Below are positions 62,268 to 64,000 of a stretch of 64,000 nucleotides of DNA, piece by piece. The number at the start of each line of letters is the position of its first letter. Position 1 is the first letter of the stretch. The DNA is from Vulcanimicrobiota bacterium. Its GTDB lineage: Bacteria > Vulcanimicrobiota > Vulcanimicrobiia > Vulcanimicrobiales > Vulcanimicrobiaceae. The notes beneath the pieces were generated by a model, which ran no database searches, was not told the origin of the DNA, and saw only the letters and a program-made list of their open reading frames with translations. The stretch spans positions 384,001 to 448,000 of the forward strand of contig CAWCIZ010000001.1 of NCBI GenBank assembly GCA_963795855.1. Reading direction: 5' to 3'. The translations under genes were made by a program, and so were the position numbers.

Positions 62268-63169
62268 ATGCAGCAGCACGTGCGCGTAGCAATCGTCCAA
62301 ACCAAACCGCGCAAAGGCCGGTACGCGGAGAATCTGGACGAAGTACGCGACATCTTCGCGCAGCTCGCCGCGGAGCCGGCGCCGGAACTGATCGTCTTTC
62401 CCGAAGCTGCGCTGACGGGCTATTTTCTCGAAGGCGCCGTCTACGAACTCGCGCGTCCCGCGGAAGCCTTCGCAGCCGATCTGGCCCAAGCGTGGAAAGC
62501 CGCCGCCGGCAGAAAGCGGGTGGACCTCGTCTGCGGATTTTTCGAGAACGCCAGCGGCACGTATTACAACAGTGCGCTGTACTTGGAGTGCGAAGGCGGC
62601 GAACATCGCATCGCACACGTGCACCGCAAGATGTTCCTGCCGACGTACGGCGTTTTCGACGAAGAGCGCTTTCTCTCACGCGGGCGCCGGCTGCAAGTGT
62701 TCGGCACGCAGTTCGGAACGATCGCGCTCCTGATCTGCGAAGACGTGTGGCACGCGCTCATGCCGACCATCGCGGCGATAAAGGGCGCGCACCTTCTGAT
62801 CGTTCCGAGCGCGCACCGGGCCGCGGCATCGAAGAGGACGACGAACTCGGAAGCATCGGCCGCTGGCGCGAAATTCTTCATGCAACGGCTGCCGAGCACG
62901 GCGTTTACATCTTGTACGCGGGCCTCGCGGGTTTCGAAGGCGGAAAAGGCATGACCGGATCGTCGCGCGTCGTCGACCCGCACGGACGCACGCTCGTGCA
63001 CGCTCCGGCGCTCGGCGCGCAAATCATTCGCGCCACGCTCGACATGCGCGAGATCGATTTGGCGCGTGCGCGCCTGCCGCTGCTGGGCGATCTGAGCGCG
63101 GTGCTTCCCGACCTGCTGCTGGACGATGAATTGCCGATTCCGCGGGGTACTCATGCTTCCGGTCGTTGA
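62268..63169 (+). CDS. Nitrilase-family amidase, probable glutaminase subunit for NadE (frameshift at about 62812)
   Basis: FPEAALTGY, HRKMFLPTYGVFDEERF and ICEDVW carry the E-K-C triad; overlaps nadE. Confidence 0.85.
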
Positions 63170-64000
63170 GGCAAAACCTGCGCAGTTCACGCGGCCGCCG
63201 CACATCAATCCGAGCGTCACCGAGCAATGGCTGACCGCCTTTCTGCAAGACGAACTCATCGTGCGCCGCAGCATTCATCAGGCCGTCGTTGGGCTTTCCG
63301 GCGGCGTCGATTCCGCCGTGACCGCATTTCTCTGCGCCCGCGCGCTCGGTCCGAAGAACGTTCATGCGATTCGCATGCCGTACAAGACGTCCAGCGCGTC
63401 GAGTTTGAGCGACGCGCGGCTCGTCGTCGAAGCGCTCGGCATCCAGGAACACACGGTCGACATCTCCGCCGCGGTCGACGGCTATTTGCAAGGCGAGTCC
63501 GACGCGGATGCGCGGCGCCGGGGCAACGTCATGGCGCGTATCCGAATGGTCGTGCTCTTCGATCAGTCCGCCAAATACAACGCGCTGCCGATCGGCACCG
63601 GCAATAAAACGGAGCGGCTGCTGGGATATTTCACGTGGCACGCGGACGATACGCCGCCGCTGAATCCGATCGGCGATCTCTATAAGACGCAGGTGTGGGC
63701 GCTCGCGCGGCATCTCGGCGTGCCCGCGGCGCTCGTCGAGAAGGCGCCCAGCGCGGATTTGGAAGCGAACCAGACTGATGAGGCGGATCTCGGCATCACC
63801 TATGCGCGAGCGGATGCCATTCTGGCGCGCATGCTGGAAGGCTATTCCAACGATCAACTCACGGAGCGCGGCTTCGAACGCTCCCAGGTCGAACTCGTAC
63901 GGCGCCGCCTGGATGGAACGCATTGGAAGCGCCACCTGCCGACGACCGCGATGCTGACGAATACCGCAATCAACGAATTTTATTTGCGTCCCGTCGACTA
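63153..64000 (+). CDS. nadE: NAD+ synthetase (runs to the window edge)
   Basis: Manual translation from ATG 63153: VVGLSGGVDSAV, GNVMARIRM, GTGNKTE, IGDLYKTQV, KAPSADL..QTDE. Confidence 0.95.
   Translation, partial: MLPVVEAKPAQFTRPPHINPSVTEQWLTAFLQDELIVRRSIHQAVVGLSGGVDSAVTAFLCARALGPKNVHAIRMPYKTSSASSLSDARLVVEALGIQEHTVDISAAVDGYLQGESDADARRRGNVMARIRMVVLFDQSAKYNALPIGTGNKTERLLGYFTWHADDTPPLNPIGDLYKTQVWALARHLGVPAALVEKAPSADLEANQTDEADLGITYARADAILARMLEGYSNDQLTERGFERSQVELVRRRLDGTHWKRHLPTTAMLTNTAINEFYLRPVD

Overview
This is a GC-rich bacterial window. Its gene content (diderm L/P-ring flagellum plus Firmicutes-like FliW-CsrA, archaeal/eukaryote-type ProRS, Amj) would fit Eremiobacterota/Vulcanimicrobiota, but that is only an inference. 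Layout: (1) 0-4.6 kb holds a cytochrome c, a divergent photolyase/cryptochrome and an ABC exporter. (2) 4.6-29 kb is a flagellar cluster (flgBC-fliE, flgFGAHIJ-flgN-like-flgKL-fliW-csrA-flagellin, glycosyltransferases, flaG-fliD-fliS) with several sigma28-type promoters. (3) 29-40 kb is a dTDP-aminosugar biosynthesis and tailoring island, probably for flagellin glycosylation. (4) 40-48 kb is rpsB-tsf-pyrH-frr-uppS-cdsA-dxr-rseP-ispG. (5) 48-64 kb holds housekeeping and envelope genes, ending in a nitrilase-NadE pair. The best novel candidate is the 7.47-8.17 kb intergenic region. It contains two divergently oriented, structurally homologous RNA-like elements with compensatory base changes, each behind a sigma28-like promoter and each showing two GGA hairpin loops; one hairpin is identical over 11 nt to the CsrA-type hairpin in the flagellin leader. 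They look like CsrA-sponge sRNAs in a FliW-type organism. Other points: about 13 frameshifts, most at AGCT/AGWCT, suggesting a base-modification sequencing artefact rather than pseudogenes; a repeat element inserted at the flgN/flgK ATGA overlap; and a photolyase homologue lacking key repair residues.
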